From a virus (Duplodnaviria; Caudoviricetes), in the IMG/VR virus record IMGVR_UViG_3300046167_000433, positions 1 to 50,914 of that record: DNA of 50,914 bases, one strand, 5' to 3'. Below are positions 37,617 through 46,057 of this stretch, in pieces. The stretch's first letter is position 1; every line of letters begins with the position of its first letter. The position numbers and the translations under genes are program-made. The notes beneath the pieces are model-generated. The model saw nothing but the letters and a program-made list of their open reading frames with translations. It did not search any database and had not been told where the DNA came from.

Positions 37617-38675
37617 TTAAGGCTCGATTCTGAGCGCTAACACTGGCAGTGTTGAGGTCGACGGTTCGATCCCGTCTGGCTCCACCACCATTCTACTAGG
37701 CCGTTTGACCGTAACACTTACGGAAGACGGTCTATCTATAACAGAATGATCTATACCAGCTTTCGCTGACCCATTCTGCGTATAGGATTTACTCGGCACC
37801 GAAGCACCGTTGTTCACGAAGTTCTGCATGTCCATGTTGGCAAGATGCATGTAACGCTCCAGCATCGCCATACTGCTCCAACCCCCCAACTTCTGAAGCA
37901 GAGGCATCGGTGTGCCTGCTACCGCATGACGGGTTGCCCATGTGTGTCTAAGATCGTGAAACCTCACTGACCCTATCTCTGCGCGGTCACAGGCGCGTTG
38001 CCACACCTTGTTCGTGACACTGGTGCGCCTACTGATAGGGTTGCCATTACGCTTCGTGAAGACGTACTCACAGTCCTGACCACGATCCTGCTGAGCCTCA
38101 TGCATGTGATCCAAGATAGCCAAAGCACTCTGCGATAGAGGCACCAGCAAACGCTTGCCGGACTTCATCTTAGAACCTTTGATATCTAGCATCCCATCCT
38201 GCACCTCACTCCACAGCAGGCACTTGACGTTCGTCACGCGCAAGCCAGTGGCCAGTGCAAAGCGCACCATCTGTGATTGCAGTCTGGGAAGGCAGAACAG
38301 CAGTCGTTGAACTTCTCGCTCATCTAAGACTCTAGGTTCGCGAGCATCCTCAGACACATTCAGGTTTTCGTATGATGGGACATGCTTCGACTCGATCAGC
38401 CCACGCTTGTTCTTTGCGTAGTTGAGTACAGCAATAAAGTAACGCAACCGAGAGTTGATGGTCGCGCTCCTAAAGCCTTTCTCTTGCAGATCTTCGACGT
38501 AATCTGTCACGTCACAAACTCCAAAGCTATCGATTGGCCGGTTGCCGTAACGCTCAATGGCTTCCTCGATAGCGGTGTTAGCCGCCGGACTTTTAGGCCT
38601 TCCTAGCCTTTTGCTCGGTTGCTTTATGTAGCGCTCAGCAACTTGCCGAAACGCTACCATTTCGCGGTCACTCAT
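37617..38675 (-). CDS. int: Tyrosine integrase
   Basis: TGLR, KSGK, FHDLRHT, LGGW, RY catalytic residues; GAGGAG RBS before ATG 38675. Confidence 0.93.
   Translation of the reverse strand: MSDREMVAFRQVAERYIKQPSKRLGRPKSPAANTAIEEAIERYGNRPIDSFGVCDVTDYVEDLQEKGFRSATINSRLRYFIAVLNYAKNKRGLIESKHVPSYENLNVSEDAREPRVLDEREVQRLLFCLPRLQSQMVRFALATGLRVTNVKCLLWSEVQDGMLDIKGSKMKSGKRLLVPLSQSALAILDHMHEAQQDRGQDCEYVFTKRNGNPISRRTSVTNKVWQRACDRAEIGSVRFHDLRHTWATRHAVAGTPMPLLQKLGGWSSMAMLERYMHLANMDMQNFVNNGASVPSKSYTQNGSAKAGIDHSVIDRPSSVSVTVKRPSRMVVEPDGIEPSTSTLPVLALRIEP
37632..37687 (+). other. attP core: 3' two-thirds of tRNA-Ala(GGC), not a complete tRNA
   Basis: AACA-CTGGCAG-TGTT anticodon arm (GGC 37645-37647), AGGTC, GACGG-TTCGATC-CCGTC T arm, TGGCTCC-ACCA; no 5' acceptor strand; overlaps integrase end. 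Confidence 0.85.
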
Positions 38676-39072
38676 ATTCGCTCTCCTCATTACTGAAGAA
38701 GCTGTCGCCGAACCGCTTATCGATAGTACCCCAAACGGGCGGCGTTTTTGAACGCCTTAGCTTCTCGGCTTTGTAAATAGCTTCATCTTTGGTCATGAAT
38801 TCATGGCCTACCTGCCAGACTTCGTCACCTTCCCCGTTGCGAGTACGCAAATTCTCTGTGGTGGCGGGGTTTAATCTAACGGGGACAACAGGGCGGAAGT
38901 GCATTCTCAGCAGGGTCACCCATAGCCTTTCTGGGTACTGCCGATTCAATTCATCGATGTGCCGAATCTTTACTCTGAGCGCGGCACCACGCCTCTTATC
39001 TGGCGTTTTTTGCGATTCGATTTCCTCGGAAGATCTTGACCTGCGAAGGCGCTTCAAATCTGAGTAGTCCAT
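38668..39072 (-). CDS. Basic hypothetical protein upstream of integrase
   Basis: GAGGAGG RBS before ATG 39072 (MDYSDLK); stop overlaps int start region. Confidence 0.6.
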   Translation of the reverse strand: MDYSDLKRLRRSRSSEEIESQKTPDKRRGAALRVKIRHIDELNRQYPERLWVTLLRMHFRPVVPVRLNPATTENLRTRNGEGDEVWQVGHEFMTKDEAIYKAEKLRRSKTPPVWGTIDKRFGDSFFSNEESEYE

Positions 39073-39412
39073 TTGTCCTCCTCTGCTCGACCCCCGATGT
39101 TGCTTGTCCGCACCTAGCGCACTCTGTTTCAGCGCTGGAGTACATCTTTGTCCCCTCGTAATAAATGCGGACGCCCTGTACCTCAACTGGATTCGGATGC
39201 TTCTCCATCAGCGCCACCTCCAGCACGTTCTGATCTTCGTAGATATGCAACACCGCCACCGTTGTTCTTTTTAGAGTCATGATTTCCATCAGCGTGACCT
39301 TAAAGTCACAGGTGTTAGGTGCGTCTTTCTGGTTGAGATTTGTCCCGCAAAAAACTGTCTGACCAACGCTTCTGCCCAGCACAAAGTTCTTTAGTCGAGG
39401 GTCGGCTCTCAT
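38996..39412 (-). CDS. Divergent CsrA/RsmA-like protein with large internal insertion
   Basis: FVLGRSVGQTVFCG resembles CsrA LILTRRVGETLMIG; LRFEAPSQVKIFR resembles CsrA IGVNAPKEVSVHR. Confidence 0.6.
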   Translation of the reverse strand: MRADPRLKNFVLGRSVGQTVFCGTNLNQKDAPNTCDFKVTLMEIMTLKRTTVAVLHIYEDQNVLEVALMEKHPNPVEVQGVRIYYEGTKMYSSAETECARCGQATSGVEQRRTNGLLRFEAPSQVKIFRGNRIAKNAR

Positions 39413-39530
39413 GGTTATCGCCCTCTACCATGATCGAGGTCTGAGACAGGGCGATTTACCAAACATCCTTGTCTGGCACGATGAGTCGTGTGCGCCGACG
39501 ACACGCTTAGGAGTCGCCTCAGACCCTTTT
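39413..39530 (-). promoter_or_regulatory. Structured RNA leader with CsrA-type AGGA hairpin and anti-RBS helix
   Basis: GCCAGACA-AGGA-TGTTTGGT; GGTCTGAGGC/GTCTCAGACC; ATCGCCCT/AGGGCGAT (all minus strand). Confidence 0.6.
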
Positions 39531-39980
39531 TCAAAACGGAATGTCGTCGTCTTCAAACTCCTCGATGGCTTCCTGCTGAACAGGTGCTGACCCGCTTACC
39601 GGCTGGAACCCCTCGGGCACTCCGCCGCCAGCTTCTTCGAGGACTTGAACTTGATTGACGTAGGTCGAGCAACCGTGATCCTTGTAAGGCTCTTCTGCAA
39701 TCGCCGCTAAGATTTTGACCTTCGAGTTGAAGGGAATCTCACCCTTCTCCCATGCACTCAAGTCGGGATTAAAAATACCTACGTCATAGGTAGTCGAGAA
39801 CTTTCTCTGCGGAGTTCCCTTATAATCTTTAACTTGCACTCCAGCTTCAGTGAGCGCCTCGGCATTGGCCGCATCAAGCTTCACCGTGATGGTGTACTTG
39901 TCTGTGCTTTTACCCTGATAGGTGTCAAACTCTTTGAGGTTGCAGAACGCCACCTCACCTTCAACGTACATTTTTTTCAT
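39531..39980 (-). CDS. ssb: Single-stranded DNA-binding protein (phage OB-fold, DUF2815/gp2.5-like)
   Basis: Acidic DDDIPF tail; YVNQVQVLE; beside exonuclease and SSAP. Confidence 0.8.
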   Translation of the reverse strand: MKKMYVEGEVAFCNLKEFDTYQGKSTDKYTITVKLDAANAEALTEAGVQVKDYKGTPQRKFSTTYDVGIFNPDLSAWEKGEIPFNSKVKILAAIAEEPYKDHGCSTYVNQVQVLEEAGGGVPEGFQPVSGSAPVQQEAIEEFEDDDIPF

Positions 39981-39982
39981 GA

Positions 39983-41005
39983 TCAGTCTCCCATTTTGAC
40001 TTTGATTTGGCGTGTGTTGGATGAGGATCTAAAGTCTTCTAGCTCATGGCCGTTTGACAGCAACGCCGCCTCACCACCAATAGCTTCAAATCCCTTCCGG
40101 AAATCGAACGATGCTTTGCGCTTGATGCACTGCAATTGGATGACACCATCCGTCACGTTCCTGTTCGAGTACTTGTCAGCGACGACTTTCTTCGCGTCAT
40201 TCACCACGTTTTCGAGACCCAAAATCTCTCCGAGAATGGCTGAGTGTTCCGTCCTCAGTTCGTTGAGACGCACCATTGCCTTGGAAAGAGTCTCCATTTC
40301 ATCGCCCTTGACGACCTCGTAAATGTTCTCAGCAGAGTCGGTATGAACTTTCCTCCGAGACAAGTTCTCGTATTCAGAGTGGATGTACTCATGCCATTCA
40401 ATGTAGAGATCGATGCGAGGAATCGTTCCCTTTACCGGCTTGGGTAGCAGGACTTTCGGTAGCGGCTCATGCAACCAGCCCTCTTCGCGATGGATCCGCT
40501 CGATGTTGTACTCGGGTTCTGCATCGGCGTGGGGTGACAGGTAGCAAAGAAAGTCCAGCCAATCCACATCCAGCACCTCCATGACCAACTGGCACTGACG
40601 CAAGTACATCTTCTTCTTTTCGTCCCAAACGCTGTAGGGAGCCTTTGTGAATCGAGGGTATGGGCACTTGATCTCGATAGAGCCATCCAGTCCGACAAGG
40701 CCGTCTGGCGAAGCTCCGAGAAACTCATACATTGGATGCACAACGAAGTCGGTTTCATCTACGGTGGTGTTAAACGCTCGCTCGTACCACTCCTTAGCAA
40801 CTGACTCCATCATCTGACCGTGTGCAACTGCGGGGCCACCGTTAAACTCTGACGGCGCTCCGGCTAGGTCTCGCACCATAGACCTGACAAGGTCATCTGG
40901 CTTTTGATACGGATTGCACTGCTCTAAAACACCAACGGCAGTTCCGCTTATCTTTCCTTTTCTCTGCTCAAGCCATTCGACTGAACCCTGTTCTACAGCC
41001 GCCAT
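39983..41005 (-). CDS. YqaJ/lambda-exonuclease family recombinase
   Basis: QGSVEWLEQR.GKI, LGASPDGLV, IEIKCP, Y..QCQ. Confidence 0.9.
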   Translation of the reverse strand: MAAVEQGSVEWLEQRKGKISGTAVGVLEQCNPYQKPDDLVRSMVRDLAGAPSEFNGGPAVAHGQMMESVAKEWYERAFNTTVDETDFVVHPMYEFLGASPDGLVGLDGSIEIKCPYPRFTKAPYSVWDEKKKMYLRQCQLVMEVLDVDWLDFLCYLSPHADAEPEYNIERIHREEGWLHEPLPKVLLPKPVKGTIPRIDLYIEWHEYIHSEYENLSRRKVHTDSAENIYEVVKGDEMETLSKAMVRLNELRTEHSAILGEILGLENVVNDAKKVVADKYSNRNVTDGVIQLQCIKRKASFDFRKGFEAIGGEAALLSNGHELEDFRSSSNTRQIKVKMGD

Positions 41006-41244
41006 ACAACACCCCGCTCGCCTAGCGCGTCGGACTCGCTAGTCCAATTTTGATTGTCGTTAAAGTCTGAGATGAGGAGGCTTGCGACTAACTCAAGAAA
41101 ACCGGATCGTCTTGCCCGAGCAGGGTTACCTGCCCAAGTTATCCCAGCCGCTTCCAAGTTAAGTCTGCTCCAGATATTGTTAGCCATCTCGCAATCACCA
41201 ATGCAGTACAGCCATCGTTGAGCATTCGTATTATTTGTTTTCAT
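40993..41244 (-). CDS. Hypothetical protein
   Basis: Fills the gap between Sak and exonuclease with overlapping ends. Confidence 0.5.
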   Translation of the reverse strand: MKTNNTNAQRWLYCIGDCEMANNIWSRLNLEAAGITWAGNPARARRSGFLELVASLLISDFNDNQNWTSESDALGERGVVWRL

Positions 41245-41924
41245 GATTTAAACCCTTCGCTTTTAGTAGAACTTCCCAGCGCTCATGGAACTCATCCTCA
41301 TCCCATTTGCGATTTGCCCATTGGCGTCCTGCCTTTGGTTTATATTTCTTGGCCGTCTCTTTTGATACAACTACCTTTGCCACTTTCTCCAAGTAAACTT
41401 GCTTTGCTTCTTCTTCTGATTTTTCGGACTGATATTTTGTATCATCTCCCACCTTACTAGGAGATACCGCCTTCTTGGTAGGCTTTTTACTAGATGAGTC
41501 GGTAATAAAGGGATAATTGTCGTGGTTGAGCCATAAATCCCATCCAAGACCTAACTCCGCCAAGGCGCGAACCCGACATCTCATCTTGGCGTTGTGGATG
41601 TCATCAGCATTAGGGTTTTGAACTGGCTTATTATTGTATCCAGTGACCGATTTGGAGACGTGAATACTGGAATTGCCCACTGCTACCGTGACTCGAACCT
41701 CTGCTGTAGTGTCAGCAAAGTAGAAAACCTCAAGCCCTTCGGGGCTTCTATCGAAGGCCCACTCGTAGTCGGGATAGTTTTTCATCATGAGCGCGTGAGC
41801 GTTCTGCCACGGCAAGTAGGGGAGCTTTATGGGCTTGCCATTATCTTCGGCATCAGACCATTTGACGTAAGGCTTTACGTCTACAGTTGGAAAGTTTCTT
41901 GAAAACGGAACTGCGATCTGGCAT
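41231..41924 (-). CDS. Sak/DUF1071 single-strand annealing protein; apparent +1 frameshift at ~41888
   Basis: GGAG RBS and MPDRSSVFKKLS|TVDVKPYV; YLPWQNA, IHNAKMRCRVRALAELGLG. Confidence 0.8.
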
Positions 41925-42018
41925 TGGCTTACTCCCTCTCTTAGATAGGAGTAAACCAAAGCTAAATGTAGGATGTCAATCACTTTACATAAGGATATGT
42001 ATATAATCGCGACAGGTC

Positions 42019-42462
42019 TTAATACGACAGAATCTCCAGCATTGACTCTAAATATTCTTGCGCCCGTGCTGGGTCATTGTAAACCTTGGCAACAAGCACC
42101 ATCCGCCGACCGTCTTCAATATTGATGCAGTGCATCTCAGTCCACTTGCGAACTGTCTGGTCTGCTCGGACAAGCTTCTCTGAAGATACCCCGTCCATTG
42201 GTCTCGGACTTCCATTAACCCACCAATACAAATCAACGTCGTAAATGTCGCAAAACGTAATAAGAACGACTGGATCTCGGGGTAATGAGCCTCTCATCCA
42301 TGCGGCTATAGTTGCGTCAGATACGCCAACCTCTTTTGCCATTATTGTCTGCGCACCATGCTTAGGTATTTGATGACGCTTCAAAATTGACATGAACCGC
42401 TCAGAACGAGCCAGTCGAACAGCGGCTCCTTCATCGTCTTGCTGTACTTCCAATACGTTCAT
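42019..42462 (-). CDS. XRE-family HTH repressor (CI-like)
   Basis: QTIMAKEVGVSDATIAAWMRGSLP HTH; divergent from replication genes; GGGGAG RBS before ATG 42462. Confidence 0.75.
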   Translation of the reverse strand: MNVLEVQQDDEGAAVRLARSERFMSILKRHQIPKHGAQTIMAKEVGVSDATIAAWMRGSLPRDPVVLITFCDIYDVDLYWWVNGSPRPMDGVSSEKLVRADQTVRKWTEMHCINIEDGRRMVLVAKVYNDPARAQEYLESMLEILSY

Positions 42463-42577
42463 AACTCCCCCTTTTCGGCTGTTGATTGTACGGACATTAT
42501 GGCCTTGTACGCAACAAGTATACACACACTATTCCAACAAATGTTAGCAATAAGTGACAATTAGGTAGGAACCAAGC

Positions 42578-42606
42578 TTGATATTGGAATAAATCCACGC
42601 TAATCT
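42578..42606 (+). promoter_or_regulatory. Putative rightward (lytic) sigma70 promoter
   Basis: TTGATA-17 nt-TAATCT upstream of primase-like gene. Confidence 0.5.
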
Positions 42607-42647
42607 CGATACACGATTTACAGTTAGGCTTATCGGGGGCAACAAGC

Positions 42648-43097
42648 GTGAGTATCAGAGACAAATTAGAGCAGTTAGTTTCGCGTCTAGATTACGTCAG
42701 ACAAACCGGAACTGACAAGTATAGAGCGCGATGCCCTGCACACGACAGTAACAGCGCGAAGCTGGATATAGCAATAGGTCAGAACGGTGATCGAATCATC
42801 ATGATCTGTCGAACCAGAGGGTGCGCCCCACGGGACATTATGGATGCCGTTGGGCTGAGTGAGGGAGATATGTTCCCTGATGACCCCCACACCCACGTCA
42901 GAGGATTTAGGAAGCACAAAGATTGGGTGCCCGAAGATGATGAGTTCGTCGTTCGGATTGGCTTAGACCAGCCTCGCGACAAATTCAGCAAGAAAGATTG
43001 GGAGATATTCCAAGCCGCAGTGAAGCGCGAGTCGAAGCGACTTGAGTGCAATGCCATCGAGTTCTACACCAACAACACTTGGAGCCGCCAAGCGTGA
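42648..43097 (+). CDS. Primase-type zinc-binding-domain protein
   Basis: ARCPAHD....L.I......I.MIC...GC....IM.AVGL...DMF. Confidence 0.75.
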   Translation: MSIRDKLEQLVSRLDYVRQTGTDKYRARCPAHDSNSAKLDIAIGQNGDRIIMICRTRGCAPRDIMDAVGLSEGDMFPDDPHTHVRGFRKHKDWVPEDDEFVVRIGLDQPRDKFSKKDWEIFQAAVKRESKRLECNAIEFYTNNTWSRQA

Positions 43098-43768
43098 AGT
43101 GGTTCAAGTTGTACACCGAACTAGCCCAACATCCCCGCCTCAGAATCCTTGCCTTTGAAGATCGCTGGCACTACGTCTCGCTTATGTGCGCGAAGGCGGA
43201 CGGGACGCTGGATCAGGATGCGACGTTGAGAGACAAGATGCTCAGCGTCCACCTCGGCCTGAGCGCGGTAGAAATGGACGCGGTGAAAGACCGATTGATG
43301 GACGTGGATCTGATCACTTCTGACTGGGGCATCATCAACTGGGAAGACAAGCAAAGTTCGGACGCGACAGGTGCCGCTAGGAAGAGAAGGCAAAGAGCAA
43401 AAGAGAAGCTGTCTAAAGAAGAAGAACAAAGAAACAAGAATATAAGAACAGAAAGTGACAGTCACGGGACGGTCACGGGACAGTCACGGGACAAAGACTT
43501 TACGGGCCGTGACTCAGGCTTACAGAAAGAGGAAAAGATCGAAGCAATCTGGAGGCTTTTCCCTAAAAAGGTTGCCAAGTCCAAGTGCATCAAGAAGCTA
43601 GAAAGACTCGACATGGCCACGTTGGGTTTGATTGAGAAGGATCTCCGCACCCGCGTTTGGAATCCCGATCCGCGCTACATCCTGAACCCAGAAACCTACA
43701 TCAACCAAGAGCGCTGGATGGACGAAGTCTCTGCGCCCGAGCAAAAGGACGACGAACTTTATGTCTAG
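43094..43768 (+). CDS. Replication initiator/replisome organizer
   Basis: GTGA coupling; KWFKLY, NWEDKQS..TGAARKRRQR, W.LFPKKV.K, YILNPETYINQERW.DE. Confidence 0.75.
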   Translation: MKWFKLYTELAQHPRLRILAFEDRWHYVSLMCAKADGTLDQDATLRDKMLSVHLGLSAVEMDAVKDRLMDVDLITSDWGIINWEDKQSSDATGAARKRRQRAKEKLSKEEEQRNKNIRTESDSHGTVTGQSRDKDFTGRDSGLQKEEKIEAIWRLFPKKVAKSKCIKKLERLDMATLGLIEKDLRTRVWNPDPRYILNPETYINQERWMDEVSAPEQKDDELYV

Positions 43769-44719
43769 GAAACCTACTGACAGCGAGTTCATGCAACTCG
43801 AAGATCTCGACGTTAACTCTTCTCTGGAGGGCATGGCGAACGTGTTCTCGGCAGGGGAGTTTACCGACAACGTGCTGGAGTTTAGAAAGCACGGCGTCAA
43901 CAAGGATGCGTTCTTTCCGTTCTGGGATCGTCCACGGTGACAAGTTTGCACTGCGTCCACGAGAGGTAACCATCCTGTTTGGAAGTCGTGGATCCTACAA
44001 ATCCACCGTCGCAAATTACCTAGTAGCTGATTACCTGATGCACAAGATCAAGGTGGGTTACGTCTCCTATGAGATGGATACACCCTACCTTTTGAGCCTG
44101 CTATCCGATCAGCTTGCCGACAGCGTCAACACGCCAGATGAGTTTGTCACGAAGTGCATGAAGCTTATGGATCAATACCTCTATGTGGTCAATGAAATGG
44201 TAGACAAGCCGCACAGTGCGATTGCCAAGGTAAATCACATGCTCGGCAAGGGTTGCAAGCTAATCGTCTTGGACTGCTTACAGCGCATCACCATGCCGTT
44301 GAATGACCTCAACCTTGAGCGGGACTTTGTTGTTGAGTTAACCAATCTGGTACGCGCCCACGACGCTCATCTCATTCTCGTTCATCACTCACGCAAAGGG
44401 GGCCACTCGGATGGCGATAACCCACGTCCTGTCATCGATGACCTAAAGGGGTCTGGGGGGTTGGCCGACAACGCCGATGAACGTGATTGCTTGCTGGGCC
44501 AACAAGAAGAAAAAAGATAGGGAGTTTTGGATCGAGCAAGGCTCTCCTCACCGCGATGACGATCTTGAATTACTAGCCCAGCCTGACGTGACCCTGATGG
44601 TAAAGAAGCAACGCCTGTCTGGCTTTGAGTCAAACATCGGTCTGTGGCGCACAGAGGCCAGAGCATTTCACACAAAGGGGAGCAAGCCTCGCCAGTACAG
44701 ACCGGAGTTAGAGCAATGA
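43761..44719 (+). CDS. DnaB-like replicative helicase; apparent +1 frameshifts at ~43932 and ~44474
   Basis: MSRKPTD...FWDR|HGDKF; GSRGSYKST Walker A, SYEM, LIVLD, LVHHSRK, DLKGSGGLADNA|MNVI, KQR. Confidence 0.85.
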
Positions 44720-45051
44720 TTGAAGAGGAGCAGTTCGCGATCAAGATCAGGGCCGCAGGCGAGCAGATGCGAGAGGCAGAGGAGGCCATCGCTCGGGCCG
44801 AGGCGCAGGAAAAGATGACGTATGCCAAGGCGATGGTGCAGGCCGAGGTGGACGGGAGCAAGACTGCCGCCGCGCAGATGAGATCTGCCGACGAGCAGGG
44901 GGATGTTTTTAACTCCCGACTTAACAGGGGCGTGGCCAAGGGAATGTTGGCGGCGGCGAAGGCAGAGTTTAGAGCCTGCGAAATAGAGTTCGAGCAATGG
45001 CGCTCGCACAAAGCAAGTAACCGACTAGAGCAGAGGGCATACAAGGGATGA
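44716..45051 (+). CDS. Hypothetical helical protein
   Basis: ATGA coupling; FEQWRS..AS.R.E.RAY C-terminus. Confidence 0.65.
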   Translation: MIEEEQFAIKIRAAGEQMREAEEAIARAEAQEKMTYAKAMVQAEVDGSKTAAAQMRSADEQGDVFNSRLNRGVAKGMLAAAKAEFRACEIEFEQWRSHKASNRLEQRAYKG

Positions 45052-45245
45052 GCAAACGGGAAGCAAGAGTAGTCATGCCGTTCAGATTGAACGAGAAGGC
45101 CATGCAATCGCTGAAGATTTTGGCGAGAAAGGAAAAGACATCAGTGACCGCATTACTGGTCGATGGAGTCAACGCAGTTCTGGAGAGCCATGGCCGCAAG
45201 CCGGTAGCTGTCCAAGCAATCATGGGGAGGCCTCCAGAAGAATGA
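45048..45245 (+). CDS. Ribbon-helix-helix DNA-binding protein
   Basis: MPFRLNEKAMQSLKILARKEKTSVTALLVDGVN. Confidence 0.7.
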   Translation: MSKREARVVMPFRLNEKAMQSLKILARKEKTSVTALLVDGVNAVLESHGRKPVAVQAIMGRPPEE

Positions 45246-45553
45246 AGGGGCGCACACCTACAGCGGATGAGAAGCGATGGATGAATGATGTCGCGTCACT
45301 CGGTTGCATCGTGTGCAAGAAAGAGGGGAAGGAGCGAACGCCTGCTGAGATTCATCACATCGATGGGAAGACCAAAACAGGCGCTCACTTCCACATCCTA
45401 CCGCTGTGCTACTACCACCACCGAGAGGGTTCCACCAACCCTTTGTTTGTGAGCAGGCACCCATACAAAAGGCGGTTTGAAGAGCGCTATGGGACGGAGA
45501 TGGATCTTATGTTTGAGGTAGAGCAACTGGTTCTTGAGTTGAGGGGGGAGTAA
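45242..45553 (+). CDS. Ref-family HNH nuclease
   Basis: LGCIVC, AEIHH, LPLCYYHHR, FEERYGTE. Confidence 0.8.
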   Translation: MKGRTPTADEKRWMNDVASLGCIVCKKEGKERTPAEIHHIDGKTKTGAHFHILPLCYYHHREGSTNPLFVSRHPYKRRFEERYGTEMDLMFEVEQLVLELRGE

Positions 45554-45556
45554 GAG

Positions 45557-46057
45557 ATGGGATATTCAACCGGCAGTGCCTACAACTCGACAACAATTTT
45601 GGAGGATGGGTCTGGTCAAGACACTGGATACATGGGTGAAAAGGCGTTTCAAGAATGGCTTTTGTATAACCGATTTGCGTTCACTTCCTGTGGTTCTGAA
45701 GTCGATCATTACGACTTCATTGTGCATCTCAAGTATCGCGACATCACAGTCGATGTGAAAACCAAAAAACGAAATGTGCCTTACGACCACGACCTGTTTG
45801 ATACCCATGTTAACGACACTCAAATGCACTTCGGTTGTCAGCTTTATGTCTTTGGCAGTCTCCACGGTGACGTAGTGCATTTTGGTGGATGGATAGCAAA
45901 GAAGAAGTATTGGCAGAACTGTCAGCGAGTTAAGAAGGGACAGAAGACAAGCGGGGGACTTGTTGAAAAAAGAGACGGGGGAAAGATGAAGCACTCCGCT
46001 CTTAAAGACATGGAGTCTCTCGAAAAAATATTTAGAAAAATTGAGGCTATGAAATGA
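45557..46057 (+). CDS. PD-(D/E)XK nuclease-like protein
   Basis: G.MGE..F, YDF...VDVKTK. Confidence 0.55.
   Translation: MGYSTGSAYNSTTILEDGSGQDTGYMGEKAFQEWLLYNRFAFTSCGSEVDHYDFIVHLKYRDITVDVKTKKRNVPYDHDLFDTHVNDTQMHFGCQLYVFGSLHGDVVHFGGWIAKKKYWQNCQRVKKGQKTSGGLVEKRDGGKMKHSALKDMESLEKIFRKIEAMK

Noticed and set aside
37612-37690. Functional phage tRNA-Ala gene
   Set aside because: No 5' strand complementary to TGGCTCC; overlap with the integrase end fits attP
41985-42001. TACAT-AAGGAT-ATGTA GGA hairpin as another CsrA site
   Set aside because: It is on the + strand, antisense to the flanking minus-strand genes
43761-44719. Programmed frameshifting or pseudogenisation of the helicase
   Set aside because: No slippery heptamers; same single-base insertion pattern recurs across the window
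45557-46057. Restriction-modification system
   Set aside because: PD-(D/E)XK-like ORF has no neighbouring methyltransferase in this window
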